From: an uncultured delta proteobacterium | GTDB taxonomy: Bacteria > Desulfobacterota > Syntrophobacteria > Syntrophobacterales > Syntrophobacteraceae | Assembly (NCBI GenBank): GCA_963808625.1 | Contig: CAWEHK010000033.1 | Coordinates: forward strand, 140,745 to 204,744 | Length of the DNA stretch: 64,000 bases | Direction: 5' to 3' | Shown here: in pieces, positions 1 to 10,064 of the stretch | Numbering within the stretch: the stretch's first letter is position 1 | Layout of the letters: each line of letters begins with the position of its first letter | Notes under the pieces: generated by a model | Seen by the model: only the letters and a program-made list of their open reading frames with translations | Databases searched by the model: none | Told to the model about the DNA's origin: nothing | Translations under genes and position numbers: made by a program

Positions 1-1
1 C

Positions 2-370
2 TTATGAGATAGGCAAAGACCGTGGCCATGGCGCCCGCAACCAGGAGTGACACCACAAAGGGGACCTGCACCACACTGAGGGGCCAGATGAGCGGCTGGA
101 TGATGAAGTTGAGCTGTTTTTCCGCGGAGTCATCGTAAGCAGGGCCGAGGCGTAGGCCCCAATGGCGATAAAGGCATTGGGACCCAGGTGCAGCACACCA
201 CAGAAACCGTTTATGAGATTGTAGCTTACTGCCAGCGTGATAAATATCCCCATGTTGTTCAGGATGCGAATCTGGTATTCGGTGCCGTAAATATTGAAGA
301 GATAAAGGATAACGAACAAGACGATGATGGCGGCGGCATCGAACCAGGAGTTCCGCTTCTCGTTATTCAT
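2..370 (-). CDS. livM: Branched-chain amino acid ABC transporter permease (5' part, runs off window; apparent frameshift near 122)
   Basis: SYNLINGFCGVLHLGPNAFIAIGAY motif; downstream of livH. Confidence 0.85.
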   Translation of the reverse strand: MNNEKRNSWFDAAAIIVLFVILYLFNIYGTEYQIRILNNMGIFITLAVSYNLINGFCGVLHLGPNAFIAIGAYASALLTMTPRKNSSTSSSSRSSGPSVWCRSPLWCHSWLRAPWPRSLPIS

Positions 371-399
371 GATCTTTCCTTTTTGCGACCAAGCCTCCA

Positions 400-660
400 G
401 TCGAAATCCGCAATCCCCCAAAAGCTCTCCACGAAGTCACACGAAGACTAACAAAGACACACGAATTGGATTCACTGTCCAGCCATCCGAAATCCGACAT
501 CCGCAATCCGAAATCCGACATCTCCCCAAAAGCTGTCCACCAAGTCACACGAAAACTCACGAAGACACACGAATTGGATTTACTGTCCAGCCACCCAAAA
601 TCCGACATCCGCAATCCCGACATCCGCAATCCGAAATCCGAAATCCGAAATCCGAAATCA
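400..660. repeat. Intergenic (AATCCGA/AATCCGC/CATCCGC)n heptamer arrays plus a duplicated ~110-bp unit
   Basis: Tandem aatccgaaatccga; near-identical cacacgaattggatt-actgtccagcca present twice. Confidence 0.9.
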
Positions 661-1545
661 GTTCGTGATCGGCTCACCCATGATTCCGGTAGGTCTGAAC
701 AGCAGGACCAGGATCAGGATAACAAAAGCGAAAGCATCTCGATATTGGGCTAAACCCGGCACGAAGGCCACGATCAGGATTTCCCCGAGGCCCAGCACGA
801 AGCCCCCGATCACGGCCCCGACGATATTCCCTATTCCGCCCAGCACGGCGGCGACAAAGGCCTTGATGCCCGGGAAGATTCCCATAAAGGGGTTGACCTG
901 CGGGTATTTCATCGCCCACATGATGCCCCCCGCGGCGGCGAGGCTCGAGCCCAGAAGAAAGGTAATCGCAATGACCCAGTCCAGGTTGATGCCCATCAGC
1001 CGGGTGGTTTCAAAATCCTTGGACGCTGCCCGCATGGCCTTACCGACCTTGGTTTTGAACACGATATAGAGCAGTCCGAAAAGAAGGATGAGCGTAATCG
1101 CAGGGGTGTAAATGGTGAGCACTTGCACGTGCAGCCCCATGAAGACAATGACCTTATCGAAGATCGGGGGCCTGGGAAAGGCCTTGGGAACGCCGCCAAT
1201 GAACACCACCGCCAGATTTTCCAGAAGGAACGAGGCCCCGATTGCGGAAATGAGGAGCGAGATGCGAGGGGCATTGCGCAATGGTTTGTAGGCAGCGCGA
1301 TCGAGGAGGATCCCCAGGAGGCCCGTCACCAGTACCGCCAGAGGAAAGCTGATGTACCAGGGAAGAGTAAATAGCGCGATCGAATAAATCGCCACGTAAG
1401 CAGCAAACATCAGGAGATCGCCGTGAGCAAAGTTGATCAACCGCAGGATGCCATAGACCATGGTGTAACCAATGGCCACAAGACCATAGAGACTGCCGAG
1501 GGAAATGCCATTGATCAGTTGTTGAAGGAAAATCGTCAGATCCAC
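658..1545 (-). CDS. livH: Branched-chain amino acid ABC transporter permease
   Basis: QQLINGISLGSLYGLVAIGYTMVYGILRLINFAHGD; C-terminal FRPTGIMG. Confidence 0.95.
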   Translation of the reverse strand: MDLTIFLQQLINGISLGSLYGLVAIGYTMVYGILRLINFAHGDLLMFAAYVAIYSIALFTLPWYISFPLAVLVTGLLGILLDRAAYKPLRNAPRISLLISAIGASFLLENLAVVFIGGVPKAFPRPPIFDKVIVFMGLHVQVLTIYTPAITLILLFGLLYIVFKTKVGKAMRAASKDFETTRLMGINLDWVIAITFLLGSSLAAAGGIMWAMKYPQVNPFMGIFPGIKAFVAAVLGGIGNIVGAVIGGFVLGLGEILIVAFVPGLAQYRDAFAFVILILVLLFRPTGIMGEPITN

Positions 1546-1785
1546 ACGCACCTCGATCTTGATTCTTTAGTCGGATCACCCGCAGGGTGTCATGCCCGCG
1601 AAGGCGGGAACCTGCCATAAAGCCAAATTTAAAAATCCCCGCTTGAGCAGGGATGGCGACTGGAGGCTATCAGAAGCTCACCGGGCCAATTCCCGCCACA
1701 AACATAAAAGTGATGAGCGGATATCATAAAATTTTACGCGGCACTTTCAATGCTCAAATCGAAAATACCTTACCGGCGGGACAAA

Positions 1786-1822
1786 AAGAAACAGGAAAGC
1801 ATAAAACTTTCCTGTCTCTTTT
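1786..1822 (-). terminator. Intrinsic terminator-like hairpin between livK and livH
   Basis: ACAGGAAAG/CTTTCCTGT stem with T-rich tails on both strands. Confidence 0.6.
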
Positions 1823-1883
1823 CGCGTTCTGACACGGATGGTTGATCTCATCGCGCCCCTGACGGCCACGAACTGTCACTGCC

Positions 1884-1922
1884 AACCATCAACCATCAAC
1901 GATCAACTATCAACCATCAACC
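1884..1922 (+). repeat. (AACCATC)n heptamer array
   Basis: aaccatcaaccatcaacgatcaactatcaaccatc. Confidence 0.9.
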
Positions 1923-1927
1923 AGACA

Positions 1928-3058
1928 TCAAGGATTGACGGTAGTGACGTAGACGAACTTGCCGCCCTCGACTTTGTTAATCACCATGCTCTTAACCGGA
2001 TTCCCGCCTTCGCCCATGGTGATGGTGCCGGAAACCCCCTGGAAGTCCTTGGTGGCGGCAAGGGCTTCACGAATCTTGGCGCCGTCTGTTGAGCCCGCGC
2101 GCTTGATGGCGTCGACCAGCAGGAAATAAGCATCAGCGCCAAGAGCATCAAAGGCGCCCGCTTCTTTCTTGTATTTTTCTTCGTAACGCTTGATGTACTC
2201 TTTAGCCCTGTCAGTGGTTGCTGCCTGTTTGTGAAAATGGCCGGTAAAGTACATATTCTCAACGGATGCGCCACCCACCTTGATCAGCGTTTCGTCCTGA
2301 GCGCCGTCACCGGTCAGGATCGGCAGTTTGATTCCCAGGTCGCGGGCCTGTTTCGCCATCAGAGCATCTTCCGTGTAATAGTTGGGCGCATAGATGATAT
2401 CCGGTTTCGCAGCCTGCACTGCGGAAAGCTGTGCGGAAAAATCCTGGTCCCCGGTCTGAATATAGGTCTTGGACACGATTTTCCCACCGAGTTTCTCGAA
2501 CTCTTTTTCAAAGTAGTTGGCAAGGCCGACGCAGTAATCCTGAGCCTGGTCAATGATCAGGGCCGCAGTCTGTGCCTTGAGCTCATTCCGGGCAAAGCGG
2601 GCGGCTACCTCACCCTGGAAGGGATCGATAAAGCAGGCGCGGAACGCATACATCTTCCCCTGGGTGACGAGAGGATTGGTTGCCGTCGGGCTCACTGAGG
2701 GAATCTTGGCCGCCTCGGAGATGGGATTCCCAGCCATGCTGTTGCCGCTGATGGCCTCTCCCAGGATGCCGACGACCTTTTCTTTTTCCACCAGAAGCGA
2801 TACCGCATTTGCCGCTTCAATCTTGTCGCTCTTGGTGTCGACCAGGACCACATCGATTTTCTTGCCCAGGACCGTGGGCTCCATATCACGGGCAATCTGG
2901 ATCCCGGACCATTCCATGTCGCCATAGGCTGCCACGCCGCCGGTCATGGGCAGAAAGGCCCCGATCTTGATCGCATCCTGCGCCATACCGAGACCGGGCA
3001 TTCCCAACAGAAAAACGCCCAACAACGCCACCACAGCAAGAACACTTGTCTTTCTCAT
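1928..3058 (-). CDS. livK: Branched-chain amino acid ABC transporter substrate-binding protein (LivK/LivJ family)
   Basis: Signal peptide, IKIGAFLPMTG, FRACFIDPFQG, GDQDFSAQL. Confidence 0.93.
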   Translation of the reverse strand: MRKTSVLAVVALLGVFLLGMPGLGMAQDAIKIGAFLPMTGGVAAYGDMEWSGIQIARDMEPTVLGKKIDVVLVDTKSDKIEAANAVSLLVEKEKVVGILGEAISGNSMAGNPISEAAKIPSVSPTATNPLVTQGKMYAFRACFIDPFQGEVAARFARNELKAQTAALIIDQAQDYCVGLANYFEKEFEKLGGKIVSKTYIQTGDQDFSAQLSAVQAAKPDIIYAPNYYTEDALMAKQARDLGIKLPILTGDGAQDETLIKVGGASVENMYFTGHFHKQAATTDRAKEYIKRYEEKYKKEAGAFDALGADAYFLLVDAIKRAGSTDGAKIREALAATKDFQGVSGTITMGEGGNPVKSMVINKVEGGKFVYVTTVNP

Positions 3059-3196
3059 TTCTCTCTCCTTCGATCTCATTGCCTGTTCATGGGAAGAATA
3101 CAAAGCTTTGGTTCACTACACTCATACCGATTGCGGATAAGTGTTCTCTACTCCGGGGGAATTGTGCTGTCAACTGATTAGTGGCTAGCGGGTAGT

Positions 3197-3285
3197 GGTT
3201 GATAGTTGATGGTTGATAGTTGATGGTTGATGGTTGGTGGTTGAAAATTGATGACGAATGGTTGATGGATGATGGTTGGTGGTTG
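3197..3285 (+). repeat. (GGTTGAT)n heptamer array, reverse complement of 1884-1922
   Basis: gttgatagttgatggttgatagttgatggttgatgg. Confidence 0.9.
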
Positions 3286-3374
3286 GCGACTCGAGGTCCA
3301 AAAGTAGGCTCGTATGGAAGAAAATAGACTGATGAAATACTGCCCCGGCTCGACTGACTCACTGCGTTGGGGGC

Positions 3375-4608
3375 TTACGGCGGGCCGTCGAGGATTGTGG
3401 CCTGCCGGGCTACTGCTTGTACCGGGTAAGAGGCGGCAGCGGGGCTTCGATGCGGATTTCAACCCATTGGCCGACTATAAGGTCGTCAAAATCAGCTGGC
3501 TTCAAACCACTTTGCAGTCCGTTGGAAAAGGGTGGTGTCCTTGTTTAGGGTGATGGAGGCCCGACCGTAAACGGCCGCACTTCCTTTTTCCTCATCCACA
3601 ACCACTCTGCCGAGCCCCCCTTGACGCTGGGATTGGGCGTCAGCCCTGAAGATTTCGGCGATCTTGCCAACAATCGTCGCAGTATGTTCCTCGTTCGAGG
3701 GGACAATCGGCTCGCCGGCACCCGGCTTCTTTGTACTCTTGAAAACGACCCGGTACTTGTCGAAAAGCCGCTGCTCAGCGTCTGCAAAGTTTGCTGGCCT
3801 GTTTCGCCTTGCGTACTCGCTTCGTAATCTCTTCCCGTGCCTCTTCGAAAGGCACCACCTGCTCGGAAATCCTGTCCTCGAGCTTGAAGATGAGCAGGCC
3901 GCCATCAACCCTCAGGATCGAGCTGACCTCATTGATCTTCAAGTTGAACACACGCTCTTCAATCTCCGGGACCAGCCTCCCACGGGCGAAGTATTCCGGC
4001 TCCTCTTTATACCCTCGTTCGGATAATGACTCAGCGACCGCCTGGGGATTCTCTCCACTCCGCAGCCTGGCGACCGCTTCGTTGGCCCGGGCTTCCTTCC
4101 CTGCTATTTCCTCAGGGGTGGCGTCCGCAGGGAGGTCGACAAAAATCGAGGGAGCCCGGATCCTTTCCGGGACGATAAACTGGTCTCGGTGATCATCGTA
4201 ATATTGCTTCATTTCCTGATCCCCCAGAGTGACGTCGGCAAGGATCTTTTCCTTGGAGTACTCCTCCGCCAGAAGGGCCTTGGTAATGGCTCGAAGTTTC
4301 GCTTTGAAACGCTCCGACTTGTGTAAACCAAGGGACCTCGCCTTCTCGAGAAAAGACTTCGATCCTGACCAATTCTTTGAGCAGATGCTCTTGGCCGTCA
4401 TCCGATGCGAACTGTTCCCTGAAGCTGGCGGGGAGGTTCTTTAACTGATTATCGAGATCCTCTCGGGTGATGCGGTCGTTTCCAATCGTCGCCAGGACCT
4501 CGGCCGTCTCGGCGGTCCCCGCGAGACCCTGCGCACGAGGCAACAACTCATCAAGAAGATCAGGATACCGGCCGTAAGCATCAGGCAAAAGGAATTCTTT
4601 TCAGGCAT
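3375..4608 (-). CDS. PpiC/SurA-type peptidyl-prolyl isomerase with a C-terminal DUF3221/YobA-like domain (several frameshifts)
   Basis: ORFs 4193-4588, 3775-4401 and 3492-3908 join: VLATIGNDRITREDL, YYDDHRDQF..PE, GRLVPEIEERVFNLKINEVS; tail DFDDLIVGQWVEI. Confidence 0.75.
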
Positions 4609-4627
4609 AAGGGACCCATATCGGCAA

Positions 4628-5699
4628 TCAGTTCTTGGCGACGGCCTTGTCTTTCAAATTCTTGACAGAAGTATCAAAATAGGGCGAGAAGATCTCATCG
4701 GGCGAATCAAAAAAATACATGCTGTTAACCCCATTGGCATAGTTATTTGCTCCTGAATCTCCCGGCACAAACTTGAGAATCCAGGGTCCGCCGCTGAACC
4801 CCGGTCTCTGGCTGGTGCCAACACCCGTAGTATCTGGCGATGCGCCGGCATAGACGGTGGCGTAAGAGGCCTGCGTCTCCACCATCCACTCCCCGTTCCA
4901 AGGGGAACCTGCGGGGTAGCCGAAAACATTCCAGTGCTGCTTCCGGGAATAATTCCAGGCAAAGCCCAGCAAACCAACCGTTTTTGCCAGCGTTTTTCCC
5001 CCCTGGTTGGTGACGGTGGCGAAGCCAACGTCCCTGCCCCATTGCCCGTTGTTAAGCCAGGCGGTAAAGGTGGTCAGCCAGAAGGCGGGCCACGTTCCGT
5101 AGGGTTTGTTACCGTTCTTGTAAGCTGGAACGAAAGTCCAGTTCGTCGCCCACTTTTTCTTTCCGCCGTCGGAAACACAGTGCCCGGCAGTCAGAACGGC
5201 TTTGTTGCCGATGGACGATCCGGAGCAGACGTAATTGCTGCCGTTAAGAGAAAAAAACACCTTACCTATGGTTCGATAAGGGTAGGTACTGTAGAGACTG
5301 CTCAACACATAGAAGGTGGTGTGAGGCGGCGGATAATCGTAGCCATCACTTGCCGAAGTCACAGAAGCCTCGAAGGCACCGGTGAAGGCCAGTGCATCGA
5401 ACTCATCGTCAGACATCAACACCGAGTCCAGAGTCCGCAAACTACCCTTATCGGCACCGGGAGGGCCAACCGGCTCGTCCTCTGTATCCGGAACCCGAGG
5501 TGGGGCTTTCCCCGGAATGCCGTTGTAGGGATAGGGTTTTGCGTTCAGCATCCGCTCCTGGGTCCAATAGGCGGGGGCCGCCTGCACGTGCCGATTGCGG
5601 TACGGTGTAGGTCGCCACGGACTCGGCAGCATGAGTCGTACATACCATCCCAGCGGCTGTCAAAAAGAGACCAAGTAGAATACAGGTTAATCTCTTCAT
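4628..5699 (-). CDS. Secreted trypsin-like (V8/glutamyl-type) serine protease; frameshift near the N-terminus
   Basis: CSGS..VLTAGHCV, RDVGF, GFSGGPW triad motifs; signal peptide MKRLTCILLGLFL in the adjacent frame. Confidence 0.9.
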
Positions 5700-5978
5700 T
5701 CTTTCAACCTCCCTGGCAATTCGCCAAACCAAAGGGTTAGGTTTTCTTTAAAGACTTGTTCCCCTTTATGCCGCTGTAATTGTCTTACTGTGTTGCGCGG
5801 TTTGCAAATCATTTTTATCCTCGCGGTCTGGGGGGTTGGAGTCCATAAGGCGCTTCTAATAGGGAGCGGAAATCTGCGGTGGGAGCGTTGTGGAGTGGAG
5901 ATGCCATTGCAGGCCGCGTGTGATTTTGTTATAGGAGGCGGGCGAAACTTTATCAGACCGGATAGAAAGAAGGTTGGG

Positions 5979-6971
5979 ATGGCAACGGCTTTGGTTACCG
6001 GCGCCACGGGGTTTATTGGGAGCCACGTGGCTGTTAACTTGGTTGCGAAGGGTTGGCGTGTTCGCGCCTTGAGACGCGCAACTTCGCACCCGCCGGATAT
6101 CGGAAGGCTGGATGTCGAGTGGTGTTCGGGAGACATTCGCAATTTTGACCAGGTCCGTTCAGCATTGGCCGGGTGCGATGCTGTTTTCCACGTTGCCGCG
6201 GATTACCGTCTCTGGGCGCGGAATCCTGAGGAAATATACGAAACAAATGTCGCCGGGACGGTAAATGTGCTGCGGGCAGCGCTTCAGCAGCGGGTCGAAC
6301 GGTTGGTTTACACGAGCAGCGTTGGCGCCCTCGGGTCAAGGCCTGACGGAAAACCGGCTGATGAAACGACTCCGGTTTGCCTCGAGGACATGGTCGGGCA
6401 TTACAAGCGCTCCAAATTCCTGGCGGAACGGGAGGCGGAGCGCTTCCTGGAGCAGGGCTTGCCGGTCATCATGGTTCACCCCAGTACGCCGGTCGGTCCC
6501 GGAGACCATAAGCCCACGCCGACCGGTAAAATCATTGTGGATTTTCTGAATGGCCGCATGCCGGCGTTTTTGGATACGGGCCTCAACTTGATCCACGTAA
6601 GCGATGTTGCGGAAGGTCATCTGCTTGCCCTCGAACGAGGCCGCGTTGGCGAAAAGTACATTCTCGGGAACCGGGACCTGACGCTCGCCGAGATCTTCGC
6701 CCTCTTGGAAAGAGTCTCCGGAGTTCCTGCCCCGCGTTTTCGCTTGCCCTATTATCCGATTTTGGGGCTTGGATATGTTTGTGAAATGCTCTCACGGATC
6801 ACCGGCAGGGAACCGCTCATTCCCCTGGAAGGGGTGAAGATGGCTCGGAAGTTCATGTTTTTTGATGCCACCAAAGCCGTGCGCGAATTGGGACTTCCGC
6901 AAACCCCCGTGGAGCTTGCGCTGGCGGAAGCGGTTGGGTGGTTCCGAGAACGTGGGTATGTGTGTCGGTGA
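5979..6971 (+). CDS. hpnA: Hopanoid-associated NAD-dependent epimerase/dehydratase
   Basis: VTGATGFIG, HVAADYRLW, YKRSK, KPTPTG; adjacent to hpnH. Confidence 0.9.
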   Translation: MATALVTGATGFIGSHVAVNLVAKGWRVRALRRATSHPPDIGRLDVEWCSGDIRNFDQVRSALAGCDAVFHVAADYRLWARNPEEIYETNVAGTVNVLRAALQQRVERLVYTSSVGALGSRPDGKPADETTPVCLEDMVGHYKRSKFLAEREAERFLEQGLPVIMVHPSTPVGPGDHKPTPTGKIIVDFLNGRMPAFLDTGLNLIHVSDVAEGHLLALERGRVGEKYILGNRDLTLAEIFALLERVSGVPAPRFRLPYYPILGLGYVCEMLSRITGREPLIPLEGVKMARKFMFFDATKAVRELGLPQTPVELALAEAVGWFRERGYVCR

Positions 6972-6986
6972 AGAACAGTTTCTTTT

Positions 6987-7061
6987 CCACCGCAGAGACG
7001 CAGAGGACGCAGAGAATTCATTTTAATGGTTTTCTCTGCGCTCTCTGCGTCTCTGCGGTGG
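6987..7061. repeat. Palindromic element built from 9-mer repeats (CGCAGAGxx)
   Basis: ccaccgcagagacgcagag ... ctctgcgtctctgcggtgg. Confidence 0.85.
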
Positions 7062-7079
7062 ATATGAGAGAGGGATGGC

Positions 7080-8075
7080 ATGCGTTTTCCCGTTAGTCTC
7101 TATCTTTCGATGACGCGGTATCTGCTTCAAAAGAAGATGAAGAAGGATGACCGTTTCCCTCTCGTCCTGATGCTGGAGCCGACTCATCGCTGCAACCTGA
7201 CTTGTGCGGGCTGCGGGCGCATTCGCGAGTACCGCGACACGCTTCTCGAGGAAATGACCCTGGCAGAATGCCTCACCGCGGTTGATGAGGCCGGTGCTCC
7301 GGTGGTGACGATAACCGGCGGCGAACCCTTGCTCTACTCACAGGTGACCGAGCTCGTCGACGCCGTGCTCGCGCGGGGCAAACACATCTATTTTTGCACC
7401 AATGGTCTGCTTCTCGAAGAGTCATTGGAGCGCTTCCACCCGGACTCTCGTTTTACCTGGAACATCCATTTCGATGGCGCCGAGACCGTGCATGACCATA
7501 TCATCGGGCGTCCCGGCGGGTTCCGGAAGGCCTTCGCCGGATTGCTGGCAGCCAAGAGCAAGGGTTTCCGGGTGAGCACCAATACCACTGTTTATCGGGA
7601 AACCGATCTTGCCGACCTCGAGGACCTCTTCACGCAACTCTCCGCTGCGGGTGTGGACGGCATCCTCGTGGCCCCCGGTTTCAGCTATGAGGACGTGGCC
7701 GGTGACGTCTTTTTGGACCGCCGGGAAATCACGCAAAAATTCAAGGAAATACGCCGGTGGGGCAGGCGTTTTCCGCTGATCAGCAATCCCCTTTACCTCG
7801 ATTTCGTGGCAGGAGAGCGACCGCTCCACTGCACCCCATGGGGCAACCCCACCCGGAACCCGCGAGGCTGGAAGTCCCCCTGCTACCTCATCACCGACAC
7901 CCATTACCCGACCTATCGGGAGCTTATGCAACAAACGGACTGGGACCACTACGTCTCCGGCAAGGACCCCCGGTGCGCCCAGTGCATGGTGCACTGCGGG
8001 TATGAACCGACGGTGGTCCTGCAGATGAGCGGGAAAGATCTGCTGCGGATGGTCAAGTGGAATCTTTATGTTTGA
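7080..8075 (+). CDS. hpnH: Adenosyl-hopene transferase, radical SAM
   Basis: FPLVLMLEP, CNLTCAGC, CTPWGNPT, CAQCMVHCGYEPT. Confidence 0.92.
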   Translation: MRFPVSLYLSMTRYLLQKKMKKDDRFPLVLMLEPTHRCNLTCAGCGRIREYRDTLLEEMTLAECLTAVDEAGAPVVTITGGEPLLYSQVTELVDAVLARGKHIYFCTNGLLLEESLERFHPDSRFTWNIHFDGAETVHDHIIGRPGGFRKAFAGLLAAKSKGFRVSTNTTVYRETDLADLEDLFTQLSAAGVDGILVAPGFSYEDVAGDVFLDRREITQKFKEIRRWGRRFPLISNPLYLDFVAGERPLHCTPWGNPTRNPRGWKSPCYLITDTHYPTYRELMQQTDWDHYVSGKDPRCAQCMVHCGYEPTVVLQMSGKDLLRMVKWNLYV

Positions 8076-8961
8076 TTGCGGCCGCCTGCTTCGGGGAACC
8101 ATTCTTCTTCGCCCTTATGTTTTCGCGTTCTTAACCATTTACCTGGCCGCCGCTGCGGCTCATCTCGGATGGCGAAGGACCCTGCTTTTTCTCCCCCTCG
8201 GTTACAGCCTGGCCTGGCTTTCCGAATACTCTTCCATCCATTGGGGGTTTCCTTACGGAGACTACTTCTATATCCCAAGCACCCTGGATCGGGAGCTATG
8301 GGTGTCCGGGGTGCCTTTTATGGACTCCCTGTCCTATGTTTTTTTGGCATACTGCAGTTATGCCATGGCGCTCTTTATCCTCAGCCCGCTCCTTTTGACC
8401 AAAAACCGGGTCGTCATTCTTGAAACCCACCACCTCAGGCGTTCTCGGCAGACGCTTATCCTGGGGGCTTTTCTTTTTGTGTTGCTCGATATCATTATCG
8501 ACCCCGTGGCGCTCCGGGGCGATCGCTGGTTCCTGGGCCAGATCTACGGGTACCGGGAAGCCGGGTTTTACTTCGGCATCCCGATGAGCAACTTTGGCGG
8601 CTGGCTGCTGGTGGGGGCGGCGATGATCGCACTGCTCCAGGTCTTGGCTGCCCGGCGCTCTCTCGAGCCAACAAAGGCCTCGATGCTTGCCGGGATTCCT
8701 GGGATCGGGCTGCTGGGTCCCCTGCTCTACGCCGGGGTCCTCGCCTTCAACCTGGCGGTCACCTTGTGGATCGGGGAATATTTTCTGGGTATTGTAGGAT
8801 GCCTTATCCTCTTTTTCCCGGGCCTGCTGGTCGCGTTTTTCACTCGGTACAAGCACGCGAACCTGAGCCCGTCACAGATCGCCGAGCATGCCAGGGATTT
8901 TCCTCTGTCGAAGCTTAACCGCCCTCCCCTTTCCTCCGACAAATGGGGCACGTCGGTGTAA
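8068..8961 (+). CDS. CruF/DUF422-like membrane protein (carotenoid biosynthesis protein family)
   Basis: SIHWGFPYGDYFY, DIIIDPVA, YFGIPMSNFGGW. Confidence 0.8.
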   Translation: MFDCGRLLRGTILLRPYVFAFLTIYLAAAAAHLGWRRTLLFLPLGYSLAWLSEYSSIHWGFPYGDYFYIPSTLDRELWVSGVPFMDSLSYVFLAYCSYAMALFILSPLLLTKNRVVILETHHLRRSRQTLILGAFLFVLLDIIIDPVALRGDRWFLGQIYGYREAGFYFGIPMSNFGGWLLVGAAMIALLQVLAARRSLEPTKASMLAGIPGIGLLGPLLYAGVLAFNLAVTLWIGEYFLGIVGCLILFFPGLLVAFFTRYKHANLSPSQIAEHARDFPLSKLNRPPLSSDKWGTSV

Positions 8962-8977
8962 GTCTCTGCGCGTTTCC

Positions 8978-9230
8978 GGTGGGCACAAAGAGACGTGCCC
9001 ACCCTACTCCCTGCCTCAGAGCTTCAAACATTGTAGGGTGGGCACAGCTTTTTATCGTGCCCACCAACCCCATATCCATCAACCCAGTCTTTTGCCCTGA
9101 AGGGGCTCCATAAATTAGCCCAGGGTCAGCAATAGCGCCACCCTGGGGGCTGAGCACAACACGAATATCTACCCTGAAGGGGTTACATAAAGCGTACCGA
9201 CACAACGATATATCCAACCCTTTCAGGGTA
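8978..9230. repeat. Cluster of REP-like palindromes between convergent genes
   Basis: gtgggcac..gtgcccac pairs; gccctgaaggggc, accctgaagggg..ccctttcagggt. Confidence 0.8.
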
Positions 9231-9251
9231 AGCGAAAATGGGATTCGGATT

Positions 9252-10064
9252 CTAGCCCAGATGCAGTAATCGGTTATCCTCGATTATGGTGAACAATTCC
9301 GCAGAAGAGAGACGAAGGAGACCAGACAGCGTTCTTGCCAGAGCCATTGCCGCCTTCCTGGAACGTTTCCAGGAAAGGTAATAGCTCCTGAGGAGTCGAG
9401 GGTTTTTGAGCACCGATGCTATAACGCGGGGGATTTTCACGCGACCTCGGGCATCGCTGATCGCTTCCAGATCGAAATCGATCTCATCAAAAAGACCATC
9501 GCTGATGGCGCGAAAACAGAGGAAGGGGATGTGGTTCCGGTGACACCATTGGGCCACAAAATAACTCTCCATATCCATGATCGCGGCCGTTCCTTCAAAA
9601 TCTCGGGCCATTTGCCGTTTGCTTCCAGGCTGCTTTACGGTCACTATCCGGGTCTTTCGAATCCGGTGTGCATCGCAATAACGCGCTAATCCTTCCGAAA
9701 TATTTAGACTGATCCCTGGTGTGAGTTGGGAGTGAGGTTGTGGGTCATAGGCGGCAAAGCTCTCCCCTAAACAAACATCGCCCACGGTCAGGTCCTGGGT
9801 AAGGCTTCCGGCAAAACCCGCCACGATCACGAGGTCAGGCCGACTCCACCCAACCACCCATTCCAGCGCTTGGAGCATCCGTTCATGCCCCATTCCGGTT
9901 TCTATCAGGAACAGTTCTCTTGGCCGTTCTTTGGAAGGGGCATGGCGCACGAAGGTTTTGAAAGGCCCCTGCGGCACAAGCTTCCAGGGGGCTGTGACCC
10001 GCTTGAAAACGGCATATTCCTGGGGCAGCGCAAAAAGGAGGGCCATGCGAAGATGCGCCGTCAT
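9252..10064 (-). CDS. Nucleoside phosphorylase family protein, HpnG-like
   Basis: ETGMG, AGFAGSL, MDMES, FRAISD; next to hopanoid genes. Confidence 0.8.
   Translation of the reverse strand: MTAHLRMALLFALPQEYAVFKRVTAPWKLVPQGPFKTFVRHAPSKERPRELFLIETGMGHERMLQALEWVVGWSRPDLVIVAGFAGSLTQDLTVGDVCLGESFAAYDPQPHSQLTPGISLNISEGLARYCDAHRIRKTRIVTVKQPGSKRQMARDFEGTAAIMDMESYFVAQWCHRNHIPFLCFRAISDGLFDEIDFDLEAISDARGRVKIPRVIASVLKNPRLLRSYYLSWKRSRKAAMALARTLSGLLRLSSAELFTIIEDNRLLHLG

Noticed and set aside
400..660. CRISPR array or real ORFs across the heptamer repeats
   Set aside because: No unique spacers or cas genes; the ORFs are low-complexity translations of the repeats.
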